Origin: Eutreptiella sp. 'Long Island Sound 2002'
Lineage: Eukaryota > Protista > Euglenida
DNA: 64,000 nucleotides
Direction of reading: 5' to 3'
Assembly: GCA_964036045.1 (NCBI GenBank)
Contig: OZ038379.1
Location: 12,524,001-12,588,000 of the forward strand
The notes beneath the pieces are model-generated. The model had not been told where the DNA came from, made no database searches, and saw only the letters and a list, made by a program, of their open reading frames with translations. Of this stretch, positions 1 through 12,194 are shown piece by piece (within the stretch, counting starts at the first letter, position 1; every line of letters begins with the position of its first letter). The translations under genes and the position numbers were made by a program.

Positions 1-2559
1 CACATTGAGCCAGACCACAGGGCTGCATCCGCTTGATTACATCGGATGCTGTGCCTGTCTGCTCGACTTTTTATATTTCACATTTGTCATGGGCAAGTGC
101 AGCGCACTCGGATATCCCTTTTGCATTGCAAGGGTGTTGGTGCAGCCGGGTATTATTGATATATTGTGCCATGCTTGAGCCCGCCCTACTCTACCACCAT
201 TTCATGGAATTGTTTTTGCACTCCACAACAGCAAATTCAGGATGTTCTCGGAATACTTCGATGCATGGAGACGGCGACAGGAACATGTGGGGAAACATGC
301 TTTTGTGGTGGGGGCTTGTGCCACCCTGTGTTTCTTGTCGAATCACATGCACACACCCCAATGCCATGAGATTTCTCACCACTGCCGTCACTGACCTGCA
401 ACCTGACGAATTTCAATGATGGTGAAATTCGGTTCCTGTGCCTGAATTTGGAGGATGCAAAATAAGCGCAGTTTGGCTGCAAACCGCCCCAAACCAAGAA
501 CGGGCCATATCTTGGGTTACGCGGCTCAAAATGCGATTTCAAGGGCACCCCATCCACCGCAACCCTCTACGTTTGTTTGTTTGGTTTGTGGTTTCCATCC
601 CTTGGAACTGCCCAAATGGACGCCTAGACCCCTGTACCAGTGCTCATTTGGCCCCTGCAAGCAACAAGCTTGAGCCCCCAACGGCGGGCCCAAAATGGTT
701 CCTGGGGTCCAATGAGGGCAGAAAATTGGCCTGCTTCTAGACGAAGTGCGTTGCCCAAAGAAGAGCTTCTGGCCCGTTTTGAGACTGTGGCAACCCATTT
801 TGGCCCATTGAAAATCCAAAAGCCTTGACAATGGGCCATTTTGGGACCAAAAATGGGTGACCCATTCCCACCTCCATGCACTTGCCTTCCCGATTCCCAT
901 CTATGTGCCCTTGCATTCACAACTGCATGCAAGGCCACCCCAACTACGCGTTGAAGCACCACAACATGCAAGACCACCCCCAATGCACACCGATGCACCA
1001 CAGCATGTAAGTCCCAGCAGGGCTGGGGACCCCCGCCCCCCAAAGCTGGTGCCCAAAAGGCGCGTGCCCCTCAATCCTGTCTGCAGTATGCCAGCTATCC
1101 CTGCAGCAGTACCAGTTGTCTTTTTCCGATAAATGCGATGATTGGATGTTTTATTGCTCTTGCCCCATTGCTCATCTGCTGAAACCCAGCGCCTGACCCA
1201 CCTGGTGGCCGAAGCAAGTATGGGTATCAGCAGCAAATGATCATATGATAATTTAAATTGTTTTGCCCCCCTGTGATGTTGTGTGCACTTATCATTGCGC
1301 TCAACCACCACCACCACCTTTTACATGTCTACCAGCTGCCAATGCCTCCCTCACACCCTCTGTGGCAGGCAAAGGTCAAGCAATAGGACGTGAGCATCAC
1401 CACATTTCAACACCAAAGGCACTGTTGCATGACCAACCGGAAACACCGCCACCATGTGCACCACCATCACACCAAACAAAACAACCTCACAAAAAAAATG
1501 TCCCCTTTCGGGACAGCCACCCAGAACGCATGCACAGCACCCACCCACATCGCCCACATTGGCTCCTCACAATATTGGCCGCCTCACCGTTACCGCTCCT
1601 TCCCCCGCAAGGTCATTGTCATCTGAAGACAACGGATCTTGACCATCTCAAGCTATGCGGCCCTTCACCCACAGCCAAAGCTTGCCCTTGGGTGCCCCTT
1701 ATGTCTTCTCCACCGTAAGGGACAACCACAACCCCTTATTGCTGCTGGTGCATCCCGTCCCCGGTGGACTCCCAAGACCCATTTTGGGGCCGGCCTGTTG
1801 GGGTCAAGCTTGCTGTTTGCAGGAGATTTCTAGGTCTTTTTCACACTTTCCATGGGCGAAAAAGGTCAAAACAGGCTCAAAGTGGGATCATTTCACTGGT
1901 TTGTGCCTCCCAAATAGTCTATCAGTTTTGGAGAAAAACGTTTTTGACCCATTTTGATGTGGACGGGGCTAGGATGGAAATTGAGGATTGGGGACATGGG
2001 GGACTATTCTGGGACGACTCATCAAATCTCTAGGTCCATTGTGATATAATTGGAGGAGCCATCACTGTGCAGCCCAGGATCCAAGGATGCTTGGGGGACT
2101 GGGGTCATGATGTGGAGTATGAACCGCCTTGGTCTCATCCAAGCTGCAAGTGTTACCAACGTTGCATTAGGGCAAACGGTTGCATTGGGATGAGTTGAAG
2201 AACATGTAAATTTTCTTCTGGTGGCAGTGGGTACCTAGAGATGGTGTGCCACGTTCACTTCGACCAAAGGAAACTGGCCTTTTACAACGGTTGCCTTCAG
2301 AAACGGGGCCAAGTATGTAGGGGCACAGCAATACCCCACTTCAGTCGCTAGCAATGAAGTCCCTCCAGCAGAGTGGCTCCTGATGACAAACTCTTTATTT
2401 CTACCGTTGAACAACACTTCGTTGTGTGGGTGTGCAATCCCATGAGCCGGCCTCTCTCCCACTTCTAGTCCAGATATGTAGTGCATGGGCTCCGGGCAAG
2501 ACTTGTTTTCATGATTCACTCTAATGCGATACCCTAGGGGACGAGATGGATGAGGCGAG

Positions 2560-2880
2560 ATGGATGAGGAGGAGGATGACTTACCTCCCTTGACACAGTG
2601 CAGTGATGAGCTCTAATTGCATGTACATTTGCCTTCTACAACATTGTACGTGATACCTTGCCCCGGCCTTGCAACCTTATAGCTTTCCGTCGGTGAACTT
2701 CGGCTCGCCATGAACGCTTGCGCAGCCCGTGGTTAGGCCGCTCAGTGCATTGTTCTTCCAACAACATGTAGTGCGCATGTATTGGCTTCCTAACCCCCAC
2801 CCCTTTAAGATCTCCCACCCCTTGTAACCCCCCCCCCTTTGGAGACCTTAACTTCAATGTTTTTCTAGTTAGCATCTATT
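2560..2880 (-). mobile_element. Degraded transposase-like remnant (possible SWIM/MULE-type); related copy near 11590-11750
   Basis: The minus strand reads ...YKVARPGQGITYNVVEGKCTC*, resembling the Y-x-V...C-x-C start of a SWIM finger, and is broken by stops. The segment 2860-2950 resembles 11590-11680. Confidence 0.3.
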
Positions 2881-4674
2881 ACGGCGGTTCGTGTTGCCCA
2901 TTTGTTACACACGGCCTTGCATTGGTTTCCCATTGCTTCAAATCACAAAGTGCTGAAATAGATCATGAGAATCCTCAACTCTCAAGGCTAGAGGCTGTGG
3001 TGGTTGCACAAGTCTCCGGAGTAGCCGGACGTTAGCATGGCTTCAGAACCCCAAACGACAGCTTAAACCCTACCCCATACTACCAAGGGTAGGTCCAAAT
3101 CAAATGTGGAGGAACCCCATCCCCCCAAAATGTCCCCATTGGCATGTCTCACATTGGCATGATTCTGTAGGAAAAATTTTGCAATAAAGTGTGAGGTGCT
3201 ACTTTGTGAACCTCTCAATAAATCCAAACATTGCAGAAATAAGAATCTCTATTGTTTTTGATGTTTGTGCGTCTCTCATTTTGTAGAGAGCAACAGATCA
3301 ACGTGCACGAAACTTTTTTGTTCCGTTGTAAATTTCTTGGACAATGTACACTAAAGCTAATTACCCTTTCCCTGAAGCATTCCCAATGGGTGACAGCGAC
3401 TACCACCTGCAGCAACTGGCTGGTCTGCGTACTTTAGCCTACAAATTTGGAACCCTATTGATGTGCAGGTACTGTACCTGGTGCAAGACAGTGACAAGGA
3501 CAGTGACAAGTTGGTGGCACAACTGGTGAATGGTGGGTAGTGCTGGGGCTAGGTGGAACGACTATGGAAAGTCTGTTGGGGTCCTCCAGTCCAGGGTTTT
3601 GGGGATTCGTGTTGGGCGTGGGATGGACCATAGCATGGCAGCAGTGCGGCCGTGCCTAGTCTGGGTTGGTCATATGTAAAGTGGATTTCCATCATAAGCA
3701 ACATTGGCCATCCGTTGATGCACCGCTGTCCAAGGGTTTGATACGGCGCGGCTTCGGTCGTGACGCCCATCAGTGGTATTTAGAGGATGCAAATGCGCAG
3801 AAGTGATCATGCAAACCTCCAGAGAAATGGATCAGGTTGTGTGAGGCAGCAGTGCGGGTGGCATGCCCAGCATGAAACAGGAACCTGAGCTTGGGAGTCA
3901 GAGTGGGGGGGTTCCGGCCTTCTGTGGGGTCTATTGGCTGCAACCAGTGATCAGTCACTACAAAATCCGGTGTCGAAAGAATTTTTTTGGGGTCAACAGC
4001 TGTCAAAATTCTTTTTGACTGAATCTCAGACAAATGATGATATTTTGGGATTTCCTGGTCACGCTGATTCCAAACATGATATTTGCGATTTTTCCGAAAC
4101 TTGGGGGCCAGATCACCTCGAGGCCATTTTGAGGGGGTCCGCCCTTGGAAGCTCTACTGGGTCCAGCCAATGGGGGGGAGGCTCTGCGGCGGGGGGGGGG
4201 TTGCCATAAAGGATAGGCCAGGGGTATGAAGCCGCCCCTGCCCTCCCCTGCAATTGACTGTCCGGGAGTCCCTGCAATACCCCGAGAGCCGCACAGCATA
4301 TGCGGGATGGGGCCACCACATAAGGCCTGCACAAAACATGATGCATGTGGGTCGTGAGATCTTTATTTCGCCAACCCAAAACATTTGCAGGCTCTGTGTT
4401 TCATTGCTTTGCAATGTTGTGTGGCGGGTGGACTTTTTGCCCTCGTGTGTATACTACCCCCCCCCTTCCCCCCCCTGCGCAATCCTTGCCCCGAAAATTT
4501 ATGGCGCTGCAGGCCCCGATGAACAATTTCCTGCAGTTGCAATGCAGTTGGTGACCGGCCGCCCCGGGGGTAGGGGTCTGGGGGGACTGTTCAAAGGGGC
4601 GCGGGGTACTTCAAAGCAGCAAAACGCTTGGAAACGTGACCTCTCTGCATGTCATCAGCGCTGTGCCACCCGTC

Positions 4675-5352
4675 ATGGCCAAAAGCAGTCGCTCCACAGC
4701 TTTGGCTGCCGGCGTCGTCGCCGTCGCCGGGGTCGCCGTCTGCTACTGGGTGGCGGTGAAGTTGCGCCGCCGCCGGTGCCTGCAGGCTGCCCTCGACACG
4801 ATCGACGCGGCCCACAGCTGCGACCCCGCGAAGGACGCGGCCACCGGGCAGCCCGCGGAGCTGGTGTACGCCGCGTCGATGACGCGGTGGATGCGGCGGC
4901 TGACGCCGCGCCCCTCCGAGGCCCTCCAGATCGCCTGCCGGGCGCAGCACCTGGAGCGGTGGCTGCACCCCCGCGACGCCTTCCCCAAGAACCGCGAGGG
5001 GTACTTCCAGTGGCGCACGGAGGCGAAGAAGGCGCACACCGCGCGCGCGGCGCAGATCCTGCGGGACGCCGGGCTCGCGGACCTGACCGAGCGGGTGGCG
5101 TACATCATGATGAAGAAGGGCCTGGGCGAGGACGCGGACTCGCAGGCGATGGAGGACGCGGCCTGCCTCGTGTTTCTGGAGGACCACGCCCAGCGGTTCG
5201 TGAGCAGCTACGAGGGGGGGCTGGAGAAGCTCGTGGGCATCTTCAAGAAGACGTGGGTCAAGATGAGCGAGGAGGGGCGGAGGCTGGCGCTGACGTTGGA
5301 CTTGGCGCCGGACGTGGCGGCGGTTGTGGCCGATGCGCTGCGCAATGCGTGA
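4675..5352 (+). CDS. DUF4202-family protein with N-terminal hydrophobic anchor (225 aa, intronless)
   Basis: ATG at 4675, TGA ending 5352, strongly GC3-biased codons. Motifs IDAAHSCDP, ELVYA..M..W, EALQIACRAQHLERW..PR..FP..REGY..WR, MEDAACLVFLE and KTW.KMS..GR match the DUF4202 pattern as I recall it. Residues ~10-28 are hydrophobic. Confidence 0.85.
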   Translation: MAKSSRSTALAAGVVAVAGVAVCYWVAVKLRRRRCLQAALDTIDAAHSCDPAKDAATGQPAELVYAASMTRWMRRLTPRPSEALQIACRAQHLERWLHPRDAFPKNREGYFQWRTEAKKAHTARAAQILRDAGLADLTERVAYIMMKKGLGEDADSQAMEDAACLVFLEDHAQRFVSSYEGGLEKLVGIFKKTWVKMSEEGRRLALTLDLAPDVAAVVADALRNA

Positions 5353-5852
5353 GCCGGGGCCGTGCGCCTGGGCCCTTCAGCACGACCTGGAGTTCTGTTG
5401 CCTGGGGAGCACCCGACGTCGGTTGGCGGTGGGAGGGTGGCAGAGGGGCCGTCAGCGGGGGTCCGGCGGTGGGTGGCGGTTAGTGGACTGACGGCGGTCA
5501 ATCATCCGTCGCAGTCCAGTTCAAGCTCCGACGAGGCCCTGGAGGAATGATACTTGGCCGTCTCGTTTGCCCCTTGCGATAGCCGAAGGTTTTCAGTGGC
5601 AGAGTTGCGATCCGTTGATTGACGGTAGTTCACTGGGAAGTGATATCAACAGTTACTGTTGGGTTCTGCAGACTGGACCATGACCAGCGCACTCCTCCGC
5701 GGTAGGGCTCTAGTTGAATGCAGGGCATTTAGCGGTTACCTTTGCGCACGCGTGCGCGCGCGCGTGTGTGTGTTTGTGTGTGTGTCGTGTCAGGGACAGG
5801 TTTCTTTGCTTTCCGCCGGCACTGAACATGTCTCCATCACCCGCTTCTTCAT

Positions 5853-5937
5853 CAGACCGAAAGTCGTCTAGGACAGCTCTCCTGTTCTTGAGGAGTTTCT
5901 TTGAACCGCTTTTCTTGCTTCTTTCTTGTGATTCCCA

Positions 5938-6012
<75 letters not shown>

Positions 6013-6046
6013 TGTGGGTGTGGGTGGGTGGGTGGGTGGGTGGGTT

Positions 6047-6093
<47 letters not shown>

Positions 6094-6240
6094 TTGTGTG
6101 TGTGTGTATGTGCCGCGTTTTACGACAGACCGAAAGACGTCTAGGACGACGTCTAGGACAGCTCTGCTGTCCCTGAGGAGTTTTCTTTCACCGCTTTTCT
6201 TGCTTTGGTCTTGTTTTCGCGGTTCTCATTGTGTGTATGT
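5853..6240 (+). repeat. Two copies of a ~100-bp dispersed repeat (CAGACCGAAAG...CTAGGACAGCTCT...GAGGAGTTTTCT) separated by a (TG)n tract; third copy at 54265-54365
   Basis: Direct similarity of 5853-5940, 6126-6240 and 54265-54365. Each copy runs into a TG repeat. Confidence 0.8.
5939..6108. repeat. (TG)n / (TGGG)n microsatellite
   Basis: Directly visible. Confidence 0.97.
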
Positions 6241-8279
6241 GCGGTTGGGGGGGTAGCACCAGGCACTGCAGGCAGGACACGGGCACCGCGATGGATGGTC
6301 CGCAATGTTTGGGGTTTGGGCGGGAGTGCACGCTTGCCTGTCCATCTAATAATAGTCAGTACCCTCCTTCCCCCTTGCGCAAGCACGGGCTTGTCCAAGC
6401 ACAGAGTGATTGAGGGCATAGGTCTGTCGGTGGGGACCTATTGCTGAACTTTCCACTGTTCTATGGCCAAGCACAGAGTGGGCGTTGAATCGCTGTTTTC
6501 AGGATTTTTTGGGACCGCTGTTTTTTGTGGTGCAAGCCCGGGCTTGTCTGAGCGCGGGGTAAGCGTTGAACCGCTGTTTTGCCTGGACTTTTGGGACCGT
6601 GGCCGTGCTTGCGCAAGGGGGGCGGGGCAGGGTACACTTGCACACCCCTTCAAATCTATCATACAAAGAAAGAAGTCAAGGGCTGCTCTGCGGGTCCTGA
6701 GGAGTTCTCTCTTGTTTTGCTTTTGTTTGCGTTTCTTGTGGTTCTCATCCTGTGTGTGTCTGTGTGTGTTGGTGTGTTGTACAGGTACAGACCATGTGCT
6801 CCCCCCCCCCCCCCCACCTCCCACGGCCCTGGGCGTGCATGAGCCTGTCTGTGTTCACAGCCACCGTGTGTATGGGGTTGGCACTAAAGCGATGCTCTTG
6901 GTTGGCCAATGAGGCCCAGGATTCTGGGAGTTTTTGTTTTTGTGAAAAAAAGGACAGCCCTGAGTGCAGGCTCCAGTGATTTCGGGACAGCCCCAAGTGC
7001 AGGCTCCAGTGATTTCGGGCGTGACCACGATGTTGGGCGGGTTTTCTTTCTTTCAAAGGGGATTTGAGTAGGACAGAGGGGGGATGAGGTGTGTTGCGAC
7101 CCTCTTCAGAATGTTTCCCCCCTGAGTTCACAGCTGTTACTAGATCTTCAGCCAAATCCAGAGCAGTCGTGATTTGTTCCACTGCTAAGGGTTGTGCAGC
7201 ACATGCAAGGCATGCCCCCCCCCCCCCCCCCGAAGCGGGGCCCGATTTCCCCGATGCACCCCGATTTGTTTGCCCGGTTCATTGGGTTGCAGGATTGAAC
7301 ACCAGAAAAAGGCATTTTATGTGTGGGAATTCTTCGGCTGACAGATAGGACACCTCAGTGTCACAGCTGTCTGGCCATCTGTGCATTTGTTTTGCTTGTT
7401 AGCAGATCCGCAGTGATTTCTGATGGCACAGTGTGCTGTTTGTTTGAGCAAGGGGTCCAATTTGACAGTAGTCACAGACCTTGGTGGATCTCAGCAAGCC
7501 CTATTTGCAGAACAACACCCTCCCCTTTCAACGGACGACAAATTGTGTACACTGTGTGTGCGTTACCTCAAACCGTCCCCTTTCTTTGCGAAAACATCCC
7601 CAAGAATAACGGTCACCCGCCCCAGGGTTTACTTGGGTGTGGGAGGAGGGGGGTTTGGGTCCCAAAAGGGGCAATCCCGGGGGGGACCGTGGTGGCAGCA
7701 CTGGACCCACACACAGCTGTGGGAGCTGCAGAAGTGGGCCCGTGCAGGGAATTCCCTCGAGGACCTAGTCCGCCGGCCCCGTAGGGACACAACGGAGAAC
7801 TGCCGGCTCCGGCCAGATCTGAGAGGGGATGGATGCCACAGGATGCATGGGAAGCCATGCTGGCCGATGCGCTGCATCCCCAGGGAGTACACCCCCGCCA
7901 GCTCCCTGCACCCGAGGACCACCCACATGTCCTCAATCGCTTGCGGCAGACCCTCCAAGGGGTCCAGGAAGGGCAATTTGGGGGGAGGCTGGGGCATGAT
8001 CCTGACCTCATGCCAGACCTACTGTTGGGCTGAAAGGGGGGGGGGGGGGTGCATGCCCCCAAGGCCATGCATTGGTTAACCACAGGCTCCCCTACTTCAA
8101 CCCCAAACCATCACCCTAAACTTAACTGTAACTTTGGCAGCTAGTTGGTTCGACCACGCCAGCCATGTTGGTTAGGCTGAACAAGGCCTTCAAATGTTTG
8201 TTCCTGGCTGCCTTTTTGCCACATCATCGCTCTCCACTTTGACCCCAACACTACTTCTAACCCTAGCCGTATTCGTACC

Positions 8280-8297
8280 TTAGGGTTAGGGTTAGGG
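8280..8297 (+). repeat. Short interstitial telomere-like repeat (TTAGGG)3
   Basis: ttagggttagggttaggg, with an inverted aaccctag about 20 nt upstream. Confidence 0.5.
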
Positions 8298-11200
8298 TAG
8301 AGGAGAGACACGGTGTGAGAAAGAGAGGGAGAGGGGGGAGGGAGAGTGGGGGGTGTGAGGGAAAGAGAGACAGGGGGAGATGGGGGGGGGAGAGAGAAGC
8401 ACCCCATCCACTCTTTGGCCCCCCAGCTCAGCGCCACTGGCAGCTAGTTGTCCCCAAGGCAAGGCAGTTTCAGCCAAGGGCCCAAGAGAACATTTATTGG
8501 GTTGGTGCAGCTGGGCACCAACTGCACCTCCACTCTTTCATCTGCGTTGACCTCTTGTCAACGTGGTTTTGTTGTCAAGACTGCAGAGGCCATGTTTATG
8601 AGCTGGTTGCAGTGAGGAAAACAGAAGTGGCCAGTGCATCTGAATCGCTGGGCCTGCATTCGTCTAGTGGCACTGGACACTGGGCTTGCTGTTTCAGTTT
8701 CGGCCTGAGAAATCTCCAGGCATTTGTCACGAGAACATGTACCCATTGTGAATGCCTCAGCATAGCTGTGCTTGGGGCTTGCAATTTAAAATCTTTGAAT
8801 AGCACATTGTAGCACAGTTTTGCTGCATGAGTACCTCACATACGTTTTGTGTGGCTGCGCATGCAGTCTGCAGAAGACACGCAAAAACAGGTCCGAAATT
8901 GACCCCTGATGCAGCCTCACCACCGTCTCCCGAAGCTCTAAGTCTTGTTTTTCCATGTCTTCATGTCCAAATGGGAGAGGGGGGGGGGGTGGCCAGTCTG
9001 GCGCTGTTACGCTGTGGGCGGTCCACAGAGCCCTGACACGCATTGTTGCACGAACCCCATATGCAGTGAGCCCCAGCTGCTTTTCTGATGCCACACCTGC
9101 CTGCCCACAAGGCCCGTGTGGTTACTTTGGAATGTGCCTGGCTTACACTTTACGCTTCATGGGATGGGCAGCAATGTTCTTCTTTCCACGTCACACACGC
9201 TGATCCCCAGATTGAATGGTGCGGCAATTGGAGTGATGATTGGAGGGTGCTGCAGCGGGTTGCCAGCCTCCCTCCAACAGGGAAGTGTGGGAGGGAGGGC
9301 CTCGCTGGTTCTTGCTTCATAATGCTGTTTGTCTTTCTTGTACTTGTCTTCTGCATTGTTGCGATGACATTTGAAATGATGATGTTGCCATCTATCCTGC
9401 GCATTAAGGTCACTCTTCCCTGTCTCCCACAGACCTTTTTGCGACAGGCGCCGAGGACTGCTTGCGGCTCTTGACAAGCTTTTCTTTCACTCTTGTGATC
9501 TGCATGTGCTGCATGTTGTGCTGCATGTTGTGCTGACGTCGTCTCAACCAACACCACACACATGACAGCTCACACGTCACCATAAGGGGGGGGGGGGTCC
9601 AAAGCTGTCCGAATAAGGGGCGAGGCGGGGGAAATAGGCTCGAAGGGCCAAGCTGCACGATTTCGCATAATGATGCGTTCCTGCAAGGGTTGGCTGAGGG
9701 CGAAGACATGATACTGTACAGGGACCCTTGAACGGGCTGGTTGGAGCCAACAAGCATCCAGAAGCCTCCAAGAAATGACTGCAACCTGAATGGGTGTCTT
9801 TTTGTAAAGGACACTACAAAGGACACACCGCAAAGACAATGATTCTTCAAGCAGGGCATACTGAGCACTTGCAGATCATTGTTTATCTTCATTGGACTGA
9901 TCCATCGTTTGGGTGTTAGAGGAGAGGGCTTGGTGCATGGGTTATTGGGGGTATGGGTATGGGTATGGGTGTGGTGGGAATGGGGTATCGGTTTGCACGT
10001 CCCATCATGTGTTGCGTGCCGGGATGTCCACCATTTTTGTTCCTCTCCCTTTCCATTGGTATACCGTATGAGAACTTCTAGAACGACGAGCATCCGCAAA
10101 TCTTCGCCATTCACCACACCCGCACCATTTCCAAGCACAACCACATGTTCATGTCTCTTTTCGAGGAAAATGGATGTATGAAGAATCACCATTTTTATGC
10201 ATTGGGATCAGGTGAATAACAGTCAACATTGGGGAAATACGGTTTTCTCCGTTTGCAGGATGAACAAGGATGAACGGCTACCTTCCAAACCCTTTGTAGA
10301 AGTAGCGGCAAGCAGCCAAAAGCCACCCACAACCATTAGGAGGCCTTCGAAAACAAAGTAGAAGTGCATTAGAAAGGGGCAGCCCCCTCACCCAACGAGG
10401 GGGTAGGTGCTTTGAAACGGTAGATGCGGTACTTTCCTCGGGGCGTGTGGGGGGGGGGGACAATGTGCACTTAATGTATGATGATTGGAATGCTCATGTA
10501 GAGTCACCTTGGTGGGCCTAGACCCGAGAGCCCCAAAAAGCCCCCCCCCCCCTTGGAGTTGCAATGGATCCCAGGCGTAGGAGTAAGTGAATGTGAAGCA
10601 CGGGAGAGGAGGGAGCCAAGGGGTAGAACAGGTGCTTGTGAGCAGAGGTACACTCAACCCAGTCTACCTTTTCTTAGTGGCTTAGGGCCATCAATGTAGA
10701 CAATTTCCTCCTGAAAACTCAAACCGGTGCATACACCAAGAAGTGCAAACTTGCACATTTTACTCCGCCCTTATGGCAAATCCTCTCTTGTCATCTCCAC
10801 TTGTGCTCAGTCACATTGCAAAATAGACACCCTTTGGGAGTGCTTGTGCATTTTTTTCTATTGAAAACATCCCATGGAGGATGGCAACACTCTCCCTTGT
10901 GCCTTAAAAGTTGCCTATGTGGTTTGTGGGCTGTGGTTGCACTCTCTGTGTTGTCCAATATATATTATGTACCCCGCCCCCCCCTTGTATAAGCTACGCC
11001 AATGTACGGAATTATTACGGTCCCTACGCCTACTGTAGCTTGGACACGGGCGTAGCTTACGCGCAATAAATACAACTACCGACACACACGTGCGCGCGCG
11101 CATGGTATGAGTGCCCCTTGACCTCCGCCCACATTTCCAAGTGCATGCAAACACAAGAAGGCCTTGGGAACATGAAAATTTCAGGTTTACACAAATGTTG

Positions 11201-12170
11201 GCACAAGCAATGAGGAATGCGTAGTTGATGATCTCCACTTTTTCGTGCGCACTTCGAAAACGACGAAGGGGGGCAGAAAGGGGAATATAAAGCACAAATA
11301 TTCCCAAAATCAGAGCCACGTGGGTTGAAGTGGGTGAAGGCTTACAACAAATGTGTCCATGGCTCCATCTAATTGGCAAATCTGTCACCAAACCCATGTC
11401 TTTTGTGGCCGCACTACATACCGTACGCAATTAAAATTACGTACACAATTATTACAGTCCCTACGCCTACTGTAGCTTGGACACGGGCGCAGCTTATACA
11501 AGGGGGGGGCGGGGTACCACCACCACCCCTTGCAATCCCCCACCCCTTGCAATCCCCCCCCCCCCCCGGGAGACCGTCACTTCCATGTTTTTCTAGTTAA
11601 CATCTATTGCGCTGGTTTGTGTTGCCCATCTACTTTACACACTTACTTGCCACATTCGGTGCAGTCCTTTACCATTCCTTTGGATCCCCGATAACATTTG
11701 TGTTGGATGAATCACATTGGCACCGCATCAACGCAAAAGTCGCTTCACATGTGTTCGGGAGACCGTCGCACGATAATGAGGGAGATTGCAAGGGGGGTGG
11801 GGGGTATGCATACGGGCATGCAAGTGCCCCCCACACCACACTTGCATCCCGGTATATGGCGAAGTACAGATCAATGAACAATTTGGGCAGGATCTTCAAC
11901 CAATTCCAATGCCTCCAGCAAGTCCACGTTGCAGAGAATTTGCCCCAGGCAATGACCCCCCCCCCCCCCCCAAAGTGGCTGATTATGCAACATTCCATCA
12001 CATCCATAAGCCTCATCCAACATTTCAAGCCAAAACTCATTTTAATACCAAAACCGACATCAAAACGGGTATGGGCGTTTTTTGAATTGGGTTCGGCTTT
12101 AGTATGGACGATTTAGGAATGACCCATCATTATCATCCATCGGTATGTCCATCTCTAGTCAAGATTTACA

Positions 12171-12194
12171 ACTAGGACCCAGCTGGGTCCTAGT
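12171..12194. repeat. Perfect 24-bp palindrome
   Basis: actaggacccagctgggtcctagt equals its own reverse complement. Confidence 0.95.

Noticed and set aside
4254-5483. 409-aa ORF and antisense ORFs overlapping the DUF4202 gene
   Set aside because: Shadow frames of a GC3-rich gene, Arg/Gly/Ala-rich with no motifs.
5714-6256. Cys-Val and His-Thr repeat ORFs (also 22316-22877 and 53883-54264)
   Set aside because: Translations of (TG)n/(CA)n microsatellites.
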